A stretch of 64,000 nucleotides of DNA from Bacteriovoracia bacterium (lineage in GTDB: Bacteria; Bdellovibrionota; UBA1018; CAIPTA01): the NCBI GenBank assembly GCA_050246755.1, contig JBFWVL010000001.1, positions 512,001 through 576,000 on the forward strand. The letters are read 5' to 3'. A program made the position numbers and the translations under genes. The notes under the pieces were generated by a model. It was not told the DNA's origin. It was given only the letters and a program-made list of their open reading frames with translations, and ran no database searches. Positions 26,590-35,097 of this stretch are shown one piece after another (position 1 is the first letter of the stretch; each line of letters begins with the position of its first letter).

Positions 26590-27698
26590 ACCGAACCCAG
26601 CAAGTAAAAATCAAAAAAGGCAGCGTGCTCGTTTACCGGATTTTCGACATCGCCGAGGAACTCCAGCTTTCGGTGGCCGAGTCGAAGCTGAAAGATTTGC
26701 GTGGCTCCGATCACTTCAAGCTGCCGAAATTCATCGATCGCGGCTTGATCATGAAAAGCAAACCGGTGGCCTTCGGGCGCGGCGAAGTAGACCTGAAACT
26801 GGAATGCGGCAATTATAAAATGGAGACGCTTGGCAAGCTCCGCGATTACGGCACGCTCTCGCTGATCTACCAAATTCAGCTCAAGCCCGGAACCACCTGG
26901 AGCGAACTCGTGGAGCTCGCCGCCGATCTCGAAGAGGGATCCGAGATCGATACCATTGCCCAGGCCGAAGCCCTGGAAGTGGCCAAGCTGATCGAGCCGG
27001 CGCTGAAGCGCCCTACCACTTGGAGCACCTTTGAAGACTACGTGATCTATTTCCTCGAGGAATTCGAGGACGACGTGAGCGCGCACAACCTCGTGGAGCG
27101 GGCCGACGTGGCCGCCCTCATGCTCGCCGAAGACGATACCGTCCTCGCCAAGGCCACCCGCGAGAGCATGGTGGAAAATATCTACCAGTACGGCGACAAC
27201 GACCTCGCGCTCGTGGAATGGAACTCGGCGCTGGTGGTGGAGCCGAACGGCATCCGCGATATTCCCGACATCCTGGAATTCGCCCTCACTCACCTGCTCG
27301 AGATGCGCTTCTACGACGATCTCCTCGACAAGCGCCTGAACGCACTCTACGACGACGTGGAGCGAAGCAAGAAAGGCTTCCGCCTCCAAGCCCCTTTCGG
27401 CAAAGTGTACGAAGAGGCCAGCTCCCGCTATATCGAATTTTCGGAATTCATCGAAAAGGTGGAGAACTCCCTCAAAGTGGTGGGGGATTTCTACCTCGCC
27501 ACCGTTTACCGCGCGGCGAACCGCCGTTTCCGCCTGAGCGATTGGCAGCAGAACATCACCCGGAAGATGAACCTGCTCGCGCAGGTATCCAGCCTCCTTC
27601 AGGGCGAAGTGAACATGCGCCGGAGCCACTTGATGGAGATCACCATCATCGTGCTGATCGCGTTCGAGATCCTTTCCACGGTTCTGAAAGTTTTCTAG
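26586..27698 (+). CDS. Conserved hypothetical protein with C-terminal TM (RMD1/CorA-like architecture)
   Basis: Coupled to the App1 gene; LLEMRFYDDLLD, GDFYLATVY, MEITIIVLI. Confidence 0.65.
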   Translation: MNRTQQVKIKKGSVLVYRIFDIAEELQLSVAESKLKDLRGSDHFKLPKFIDRGLIMKSKPVAFGRGEVDLKLECGNYKMETLGKLRDYGTLSLIYQIQLKPGTTWSELVELAADLEEGSEIDTIAQAEALEVAKLIEPALKRPTTWSTFEDYVIYFLEEFEDDVSAHNLVERADVAALMLAEDDTVLAKATRESMVENIYQYGDNDLALVEWNSALVVEPNGIRDIPDILEFALTHLLEMRFYDDLLDKRLNALYDDVERSKKGFRLQAPFGKVYEEASSRYIEFSEFIEKVENSLKVVGDFYLATVYRAANRRFRLSDWQQNITRKMNLLAQVSSLLQGEVNMRRSHLMEITIIVLIAFEILSTVLKVF

Positions 27699-27701
27699 CG
27701 G

Positions 27702-29177
27702 ATGCGCCGCTGGCTCCGTCCGAAAAACTTTGCGCCGGCTATGCTCGCGGCCGCGCTCGGTATTTTTTTCGCGCTCACGCTGTTTCCCATTTCCTACCCC
27801 GGCCTTCACTACGACGAGCTTTTTTTCGTGAACGCCGCCCTAGGAGATCTCAACGGATTTTTCGTCTTCGCCAAGCTCGGCGCGCTGCCCCTCTACCTCA
27901 TGCCTTATATCGGCGCCCTCAAGGCATGGATTTATTGGCCGATCTTTAAGGTCTTCGGCGTTTCTGTCTGGTCGGTTCGCCTCCCGGTTCTATTGCTTGC
28001 CGCGGGCGGGATCGCGCTCCTCTTTCGCCTGGCAAAGATTCTCGGTGGCGGCTGGGTGGCGGTGCTCACGGTTTTCTTACTCGTGGCGAATCCCACTTTC
28101 GTTTGGGGGATAAAATCAGAAGTAGGCCCGGTGGCGATCGAGTTTTTTCTCCAGGTGGCCGGCGCCTACGCGCTTTTCACGGGCGCCGGCGCCCCGGTGC
28201 TCACGGCATTATTTATTCTTGGGATGTTCAACAAAATCAGCTTTATCTGGTGGGTTGCCGGGGTGGTGGCCGCTGGAACGCTCTTTTTTCCGGCGCGCCG
28301 GCGCGCCCTCCTGATCGCGGGCGGCCTCAGCGCTCTTTTTATTCCGGCTTGGAATGCCTACTTTCATTTCGTGAGCCCCACCGGCGAATTCTCCTCATTT
28401 TCCGCCGCCGCCCGCTGGGAGTATATGAATCCCCTTTGGCAGTCCGTGCTCGAGGGCGTTAACTTCTATCGGCTGGTATTTGATCCCTACGCGGGAATCC
28501 ATCCGAACGCAAAGCACTGGGCTGCTGGGATCTTTCTGGGTTGGATTTACTTTGGCTTCGTGTCGCACAATAAGGAGAACCGGAATGCCATCCGCTTCCT
28601 GGGCGCGCAAATTCTCGTCACGTTCACCTGCATTTTTTTCACCGCCCGCGCCACCGCCTATTGGCATTTCCTCCACCTAATCCCCTGGTTCGCCTTGCTG
28701 AGCGCTCTGGTGCTTCAGCGGCTTCGTTACGCCGGCGCGGCCATCGCGATCCTCCTTTTGTTCCAGCTCTCGGTGGTTTCTTCTGCCTACGTGCGAAAAA
28801 ACGGCGGCGCGCCGATGAACCCATATTGGTCTACCGCCACCTATCCGCTGATCGACTGGTGCCGGGCCGAGAACCGGAAATGCGTGTCCCTCGAATGGGG
28901 CACCCAGAACCAGATCTTTTCCTTCGTGCGCGATCCGCAGCGCGCCTGGGAATTCCTGGCCTATCCGATACTGGATCCCGAGCTGCACTACGTGGCCTAT
29001 AGTTACGGCGCAGTCCGCAGTCCGATGGACCGAAAAGCAGATTTTTTTAAAATGGTAGAAGAGGCGGGAAAAAAGACCGAGATTGAAACCCGTTTCGACG
29101 AAAAGGGTAAGGCGATTTTCGAAGTGTATCGAATAACAGAGAAGGGCATCCCTGCCCCTCCGCTGAAGTCGAAATAA
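27702..29177 (+). CDS. ArnT/GT39-like membrane glycosyltransferase
   Basis: GLHYDE loop after TM1, FGVSVWSVRLP, multiple TM segments. Confidence 0.75.
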   Translation: MRRWLRPKNFAPAMLAAALGIFFALTLFPISYPGLHYDELFFVNAALGDLNGFFVFAKLGALPLYLMPYIGALKAWIYWPIFKVFGVSVWSVRLPVLLLAAGGIALLFRLAKILGGGWVAVLTVFLLVANPTFVWGIKSEVGPVAIEFFLQVAGAYALFTGAGAPVLTALFILGMFNKISFIWWVAGVVAAGTLFFPARRRALLIAGGLSALFIPAWNAYFHFVSPTGEFSSFSAAARWEYMNPLWQSVLEGVNFYRLVFDPYAGIHPNAKHWAAGIFLGWIYFGFVSHNKENRNAIRFLGAQILVTFTCIFFTARATAYWHFLHLIPWFALLSALVLQRLRYAGAAIAILLLFQLSVVSSAYVRKNGGAPMNPYWSTATYPLIDWCRAENRKCVSLEWGTQNQIFSFVRDPQRAWEFLAYPILDPELHYVAYSYGAVRSPMDRKADFFKMVEEAGKKTEIETRFDEKGKAIFEVYRITEKGIPAPPLKSK

Positions 29178-29852
29178 CTATTGGGCCAGCGTTAAGAAGC
29201 CGCCGAAGATGGACGCGTTATCATCGTCGTTATCTTGGTTTCTATTATTGTTACGGCCGCGGCCGCGAGAGTCGCCGTTGATGGCATCGCCTTCATCGCC
29301 GTACACTACGCCGTCGATGGCCACGAAACCGTGCGCATGCTTGCCCAAATTATTGCTCTGGTGCACCCAGTGAATGATCGCACCTACGGGCGAGGGCGGA
29401 TAACGGCCGGCTTGAGCGAAGGAGTTAATGAAGTCACCACAGGCAACGACCACGGCTCCGTCGCGGATATTCGCGATATCGCCGAACTCACGGTTATAGA
29501 CTACTTCTAAGTGGTTGGCGGTAGGATTGCGGGCGTCGGCGCGGGCGTCGAGCTCCATGTCGAAGTGCAGGTGACTGGTTTTGTTGTTGAGAAGTTTTAC
29601 GAATTTACCGGTCACGAGAGCGCGATCCATGTACTGATTCTTTTGTTCGGTCTTCCAGCGAACTACCTGCTCATTATTATTATCGCGGATGGGCTGGCGG
29701 CTTCTGTCGAGGCATTCGGGGAGTTGCCCAGAGACCGGTTTCGAAGGCTGGGACCCCGGATTTGGATTCCAAGGATTCTTGCGCGCGAAAGCATCGTTGG
29801 TGAAAGTGAAAGCGACGAGCAGGGCCAGGAAGGCGAAATTCTTAAAAAGCAT
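29178..29852 (-). CDS. Secreted DUF3465-like (OB-fold) protein
   Basis: HLHF, ACGDF, IIHWVH...HAHGFVAIDG. Confidence 0.6.
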   Translation of the reverse strand: MLFKNFAFLALLVAFTFTNDAFARKNPWNPNPGSQPSKPVSGQLPECLDRSRQPIRDNNNEQVVRWKTEQKNQYMDRALVTGKFVKLLNNKTSHLHFDMELDARADARNPTANHLEVVYNREFGDIANIRDGAVVVACGDFINSFAQAGRYPPSPVGAIIHWVHQSNNLGKHAHGFVAIDGVVYGDEGDAINGDSRGRGRNNNRNQDNDDDNASIFGGFLTLAQ

Positions 29853-29996
29853 GTATCCCCCTTATGATTGACTTGCGGGGGTTATATGGACAGGTGCAAC
29901 AAAAGACAAGCTTCATCTGGCTAGGCGCATATAAATACGGCTATTTTCGCCGCCGTGCCTGAGGAAATAGGTCCGCTGTGCTAGCCTAAAGCTCTA

Positions 29997-30551
29997 ATGA
30001 GTAAGGCATTCGTTAAAGAAGATAGCGAACCGGAAGAAGAAGAAGGCGAAGAACAGGGCACTCCCCTGCCTTCCGGTAAAAATTACATTACCCCTCATGG
30101 GATCGCGCGCATGCGCGAAGAGCTGAAGCGCATCCTCGACGAAGAAAGGCCCGTGGTGGTGCGCACCGTGAGCTGGGCAGCTTCCAATGGCGATCGCTCC
30201 GAAAACGGAGACTATTTATACGGCAAAAAGAAACTCCGCGAGCTCGACCGCCGCATTCGCTTTCTCACCAAACGCCTCGAGATCGCCGAAGTGGTGAATC
30301 CCCTCGAGCAGAAAGGCGATACCGTGCTCTTCGGCGCTACCGTGGTGGTGGCCGATGAGGAAGGAAAAAAACGTACCTATTCCATCGTGGGCGTGGATGA
30401 AACCGATATCGGGAGAGGCCGCGTGAGCTGGATCTCTCCTATCGGGAAGGCCCTCCTGCAGGCCGAAAAAGGCGAAGTGGTCACCCTGCGCACCCCGAGA
30501 GGCGAGGAAGATCTTGAAATTGTGGACGTACGCTATGAAGAACTCCCTTAG
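29997..30551 (+). CDS. greB: Transcription elongation factor GreB
   Basis: WAASNGDRSENGDYLYGKKKLRELDRRIRFL, ISPIGKAL. Confidence 0.95.
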   Translation: MSKAFVKEDSEPEEEEGEEQGTPLPSGKNYITPHGIARMREELKRILDEERPVVVRTVSWAASNGDRSENGDYLYGKKKLRELDRRIRFLTKRLEIAEVVNPLEQKGDTVLFGATVVVADEEGKKRTYSIVGVDETDIGRGRVSWISPIGKALLQAEKGEVVTLRTPRGEEDLEIVDVRYEELP

Positions 30552-31800
30552 CCAGCCGCGCGACCGCGCGGTGCTCGACTTCATGCTCCTCTACGCCAAA
30601 CACTACCTGGCCAGCGGCGGCCCCACCTCGCGTCTCGAGGACAGCTTGCTCCGCATCGGTAGCTTCTATAATCGCCAGGCTGAAATCTTTGCCACGCCTA
30701 CGGGCGTATTCGTTACGCTGAACGATCCCACCACGGAAGACGATCCCAAAACCGCGCTTTTGCGTATCCGCGAAACGGGAACCGACCTTGGCCAGCTCTG
30801 CAAACTGGAGCGGATCTTCGACGATCTGCTCGGCGGGCAAATCAGCCTGTTCAGCGCGAACGAATCCATTCGCAGCCCCGCCATGACGGCTCTGCCCTAC
30901 CGTCCGCTCGTGACGGCGCTCGCCGCCTTTCTAGCGGGCATAGCCTCGAGCTTTCAAAACTACCAGCGCTGGACCGCCGCCCTCGTGAGCGGCCTGATCA
31001 CGGTGATCATTTGGTTCCTGATGAAATCGGTGGTGAAGCGCCATATCTCCAATCCGATCTTTTCAGATTTCATGGGCGCTTTCCTCACCCTCACCTTCGC
31101 CGCCTGTGCCCATGCGCTTTTTTCCCCGATCTCGATCGAGGCCTACGCGATCGGCGGAATCGTGCTACTCGTGCCGGGGCTGGCGCTCACCACCGCGATC
31201 GCGGAACTAGCCGAACAAAATCTGGTTTCCGGCACCGCCAAATTCATGCAGGCCACCCTCGCCCTGCTCGCGCTGGGCCTGGCCTACGTTTTATTCCAGC
31301 AGCTCTCTTTCTCCCTCTCGCTGCGCTCGGTGCTGCGGCCGGTGGCGGGAGTGGAAAAAATGCACTGGGCTTCGCTGCTGGCGGCCGTGCTCGTAAGTAT
31401 CAGCTGCTTCGGAGTGATCTTTAAAGTTCCTCCCCGCGCGCTAATCTGGAGCAGCTTCACGGGAGTGGCGGGCGCGGCTTGTTTCCATTTGCTGATCGGA
31501 ACCCGCGGCGCCGCGGCGGCCCCTTACGTGGCGGCGGTGATGGTGGGCGTGGTGAGCCTGGGCCTCGGAAGGCTATCGCGGCTGCCCTCGCAGGTATATT
31601 CGGTGCCGGGGATCGTGGCCATGCTGCCCGGGATGCTGGCGCTGAATAGCTTCCGGTATTTCGCCACCGGAGATCAGGATACCGGGCTTTCCTTTATTTT
31701 TCAGGTGGCGATCACGGCGGTGAGCATCGTGTTCGGCCTGATGACGGCGCGGATTCCCTTTGCGATTTTGGGGGCGCGGCTGAGTAAGAGAAACGGCTGA
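30535..31800 (+). CDS. Threonine/serine exporter ThrE family
   Basis: GGPTSRLED, LVPGLALTTAIAEL..SG, MLPG. Confidence 0.85.
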   Translation: MKNSLSQPRDRAVLDFMLLYAKHYLASGGPTSRLEDSLLRIGSFYNRQAEIFATPTGVFVTLNDPTTEDDPKTALLRIRETGTDLGQLCKLERIFDDLLGGQISLFSANESIRSPAMTALPYRPLVTALAAFLAGIASSFQNYQRWTAALVSGLITVIIWFLMKSVVKRHISNPIFSDFMGAFLTLTFAACAHALFSPISIEAYAIGGIVLLVPGLALTTAIAELAEQNLVSGTAKFMQATLALLALGLAYVLFQQLSFSLSLRSVLRPVAGVEKMHWASLLAAVLVSISCFGVIFKVPPRALIWSSFTGVAGAACFHLLIGTRGAAAAPYVAAVMVGVVSLGLGRLSRLPSQVYSVPGIVAMLPGMLALNSFRYFATGDQDTGLSFIFQVAITAVSIVFGLMTARIPFAILGARLSKRNG

Positions 31801-31806
31801 GAAACT

Positions 31807-33000
31807 TTAGGCGCTCTCCCCCGCCGCATTTCCCGAAGCCCAGGCCCACTGGAAATTATAGCCTCCGAGCCAACCCGTAACGTCCACCACTTCGCCGATA
31901 AAAAACAATCCGGGAACTTTCTTGGCCTCCAGCGTGCGTGAGGAAAGCTCGTTCGTATTGAGTCCGCCGCGGGTAACTTCGGCTTTACCGTAGCCCCCGG
32001 TGCCCACGGGCACGAGCTTCCAAGCATGGAGCCCCGCTGCGAGCTCGCGCAGCTTCAAATCACTCACCTGCACGATCGGCGTGGAGGGAGCGGAAAATTC
32101 CTCCGCCAGTTTCTCGCCGATGCGGGCCGTGAAGCGCTCGGAGAGCAAAGTGCGTACCTCCTTCTGCGAGCCCGCTTTTTTTCGTTCCATAAAAAAATCG
32201 AGCAAGGAAGAATCGGGGCTGAGATTGATCACGATTTCATCTCCGGGAAACCAGTGCAGGGAAACCTGCAGGATCGCCGGGCCGGAGAAGCCGGTATGGG
32301 TGAAGAGAATATTTTCCCGGAATTTCTTCCCGTTACAGCTCACCTCTGCATCGAGGCTCGCTCCCGAAAGGCCGCCAAAACGGCCGAGAAAGGAATCGGC
32401 CATGGTGAGCGAGACGAGCGCGGGATCCCGGCGGGTGATTTCGAGACCGAACTGCTCGGCGATCTGGTAGCCGAAATCGGTGGCGCCTATTTTCGGGATC
32501 GAAAGGCCGCCCGTGGCGATCACCAGGGATTCGGTGAGCATCTCTCCACTAGAAGTATTTAGACGGAAACGGAAACCACCTTCCTCAATTTTCTCCACGC
32601 CGAGGATTTTCGTGTTCAGGCGGATTTCGGCGCCGGCCTCGTCGCATTCTTCGCGCAGCAAGCTCACGATGGACTGGGCCGAATCGTGGCAGAAGAGCTG
32701 GCCCAGCTTTTTTTCGTAGTAGGAAATCCCGTGCTTTTCCACGAGGGAGACGAAATTAGCCGGCGTGAAACGGGCCATCGCCGATTTGGCGAAATGGGAA
32801 TTTTCGGAAAAGTAGGCATGGGGGCCGGCGCCAGTATTGGTGAAGTTACAGCGCCCCCCGCCCGAGATCAGGATTTTTTTGCCGAGCTTATCGGCATGGT
32901 CGAGCGCCAGCGTGCGGCGGCCGCGGCGGGCGGCCGTGGCGGCACACATCATTCCGGCGCCCCCGGCGCCCAGCACTATCACGTCCCATTGCTCCTGCAT
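31807..33000 (-). CDS. HI0933/BaiN-family NAD(P)/FAD oxidoreductase
   Basis: GAGGAG, GKKILISGGGRCNFTN, LFTHTGFSGP, GWLGGYNFQWAWASG. Confidence 0.92.
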   Translation of the reverse strand: MQEQWDVIVLGAGGAGMMCAATAARRGRRTLALDHADKLGKKILISGGGRCNFTNTGAGPHAYFSENSHFAKSAMARFTPANFVSLVEKHGISYYEKKLGQLFCHDSAQSIVSLLREECDEAGAEIRLNTKILGVEKIEEGGFRFRLNTSSGEMLTESLVIATGGLSIPKIGATDFGYQIAEQFGLEITRRDPALVSLTMADSFLGRFGGLSGASLDAEVSCNGKKFRENILFTHTGFSGPAILQVSLHWFPGDEIVINLSPDSSLLDFFMERKKAGSQKEVRTLLSERFTARIGEKLAEEFSAPSTPIVQVSDLKLRELAAGLHAWKLVPVGTGGYGKAEVTRGGLNTNELSSRTLEAKKVPGLFFIGEVVDVTGWLGGYNFQWAWASGNAAGESA

Positions 33001-33086
33001 CCCCCCTCTATACCTGGCCAGCGGAGGCAAAAGAATAGGCCGGAAAAATACTATTAATTTTCAGCAATTACAGCCACTTAGCCATT

Positions 33087-33113
33087 CAAGTTACACGGTA
33101 TTAGGTCCGATAA
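33087..33113 (+). promoter_or_regulatory. sigma28-type promoter CAAG-N15-TCCGATAA with no downstream CDS
   Basis: FliA consensus, pointing opposite to both flanking genes. Confidence 0.6.
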
Positions 33114-33119
33114 AGTATA

Positions 33120-33205
33120 GGACAGTAACATGGGGGGATTTCAGGGGACTTCCATGTGGGGCTCGGGGATACGGTCTGGGGTGACCGCTCCGAGCCTTCT
33201 TTATT
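33120..33205 (+). ncRNA. Putative small structured RNA (G-tract/GGA-rich)
   Basis: Promoter, two hairpins (ACATGG/CCATGT; GGCTCGG/CCGAGCC with inner CGGTC/GACCG), TTCTTTATTTT tail. Confidence 0.5.
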
Positions 33206-34054
33206 TTAGAGGGCCTGACCCAGCGCCTTGGGCGGACGAGACCTTCCTAAGAAGCCGGCCATCACGATTACCGTGGTTAGGTAAGGCAAAGCCTGAATGA
33301 ACTGACTCGGCAGAAAGAGATCCACGTTTTGTGCGCGGATTTGGATCGCTTCCATCAAACCGAAAAACACGCAGGCCAAAACGGCATAGAGCGGACGCCA
33401 CTTCCCGATGATCAGCGCGGCCAGCGCCATGAAACCGCGACCGGCCGTCATATTCCGGGAATAGCCCGAAGCGAGGAATAGCGAAAGGCTCGCGCCTCCC
33501 CAAGCGGCCAGCATTCCGGAAAGCATCACGGCCCCGTAACGAATTTTCTTCACCGAAAAACCGGCGGCCTCGAGGGCCTCGGGCTTCTCCCCGGCGAAAC
33601 TCATGCGCAGGCCGAAATGCGTATGCGTGGTTATACCCCAAACCACGAGCGCCATGATCCAGGCGAACCAGAGCGGGAAATCCTGGAAACGCGCTTCAAG
33701 GGGAAGCGAAGGACTGCCGCCGGTGGAATCGTAGAGCAGCTTGAGCACGAGCGGATTGAGACCCATCGCGAGAAGGTTCATCGCCGTGCCGGCCACTACT
33801 TGGTCGGCACGGCCGTGGATCACGGCCGCAGCGTAGACCATCGCGAACAGTGCCCCGGCAATCCCCGCCGCGAGAAACCCCAGTGGCGCCGAGCCGGTGG
33901 AGAGCGCCACCACCGCGCCGGCGAGGGCGCCTACGAGCATAAAACCTTCCAGCGCGATATTGATCACACCGGCACGCTCGCTGAAGAGACCACCGAGGGA
34001 AGCGAACACGAGCGGAGTGGCTAGGCGCAAAATGCTAAGAAGCAGGCCGGTCAT
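33206..34054 (-). CDS. Nucleoside ABC transporter permease (NupC-like)
   Basis: ERAGVINIALEG, GRGFMALAALIIGKW.P, PKALG. Confidence 0.9.
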   Translation of the reverse strand: MTGLLLSILRLATPLVFASLGGLFSERAGVINIALEGFMLVGALAGAVVALSTGSAPLGFLAAGIAGALFAMVYAAAVIHGRADQVVAGTAMNLLAMGLNPLVLKLLYDSTGGSPSLPLEARFQDFPLWFAWIMALVVWGITTHTHFGLRMSFAGEKPEALEAAGFSVKKIRYGAVMLSGMLAAWGGASLSLFLASGYSRNMTAGRGFMALAALIIGKWRPLYAVLACVFFGLMEAIQIRAQNVDLFLPSQFIQALPYLTTVIVMAGFLGRSRPPKALGQAL

Positions 34055-35097
34055 GGTTTCTTCGTCCTTCCTATTCTCACCGAAGAAAGAATCGCCACCG
34101 CCAGAATCACCAAGGCTTGGATCACGAGGGAGAGATCGCGGGTAACATTCTCGGTTTCGATATCAAGATCAGCGGCCCCCTTATGAAGGGCAGCGAACAA
34201 AAAGGCGGTAAAAAGAACTCCCATGGGATTGCTGCGTGCAAGCAAAGCCACCGCGATCCCGATGAAGCCAAATTCGGGTGAGAAACCGAGCTTATATTTT
34301 CCCGCGGCACCGAATACTTCGCTGAGTGCCACTCCCGCGGCGAGTGCCCCCGCCAGAAACATCGCCATTTGGCGGGTACGGGCCACGTTGATGCCGGAGG
34401 CGGCGGCGGCCCTTTCGTTTTGCCCGCAGGCGCGCAGCTCGAAACCGTATGAAGTGCGGTAGAGAAAAACCCATACAATCGCCGCCACCAGCACCGCCAC
34501 GGGGAAAGCCAAGCTCACCGGCGCATCGCCGAACCATTGCGCGAGCGGATCCACCGTGCGGAAAAAATAAGCGGCGGCTACGGAATGGGTTTCCGGATTC
34601 TGGCTCTCGGGATTCTGCAGGCGCGCGGTAACCGCCCAGCTGGTGAGGGCAGAAGCGATGAAGTTCATCATGATCGTGGTGATCACTTCGTGGCTACCGC
34701 GCACGGTGCGCAGCCAGCCAGCGATCCAAGCCCAGAGCCCTCCGGCCATCATCCCGCAGAAGACGGCGAAAAGAGGCGCGATTACCGGCGGTAAACCCGG
34801 TACGGCAAGCGCCGCCACGGTGGCCGCAAGCGTGCCCACGTTGAGCTGGCCTTCGGCGCCGATATTAAAAAGCCCCGCGTGAAAAGCCACCGCCACCGAA
34901 AGGCCGGTGAAAATGAGCGGCGTGCAATAGTAGAGCGTGACGCCGAGGTCGTAGCGGGAGCCGAATGCGCTCTTGCCGATGATCAGCAGAATATCGAGGG
35001 GCTTTTCGCCGGCGAGCCCGGCTACCACGAGCCCGAGCGCCAGGCCGATGGCCAAACCGCCGATGGCGAGCAAAAAATGCCGGAGCGAGCGACTCAT
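34051..35097 (-). CDS. Nucleoside ABC transporter permease (NupB-like)
   Basis: AGLFNIGAEGQ, EVITTIMMNFIA, GFIGIAVALL. Confidence 0.9.
   Translation of the reverse strand: MSRSLRHFLLAIGGLAIGLALGLVVAGLAGEKPLDILLIIGKSAFGSRYDLGVTLYYCTPLIFTGLSVAVAFHAGLFNIGAEGQLNVGTLAATVAALAVPGLPPVIAPLFAVFCGMMAGGLWAWIAGWLRTVRGSHEVITTIMMNFIASALTSWAVTARLQNPESQNPETHSVAAAYFFRTVDPLAQWFGDAPVSLAFPVAVLVAAIVWVFLYRTSYGFELRACGQNERAAAASGINVARTRQMAMFLAGALAAGVALSEVFGAAGKYKLGFSPEFGFIGIAVALLARSNPMGVLFTAFLFAALHKGAADLDIETENVTRDLSLVIQALVILAVAILSSVRIGRTKKP

Noticed and set aside
32837-33184. 115-aa ORF running through the putative sRNA
   Set aside because: Mostly antisense to the HI0933 gene, starts upstream of the sigma28 promoter, and has no motif.
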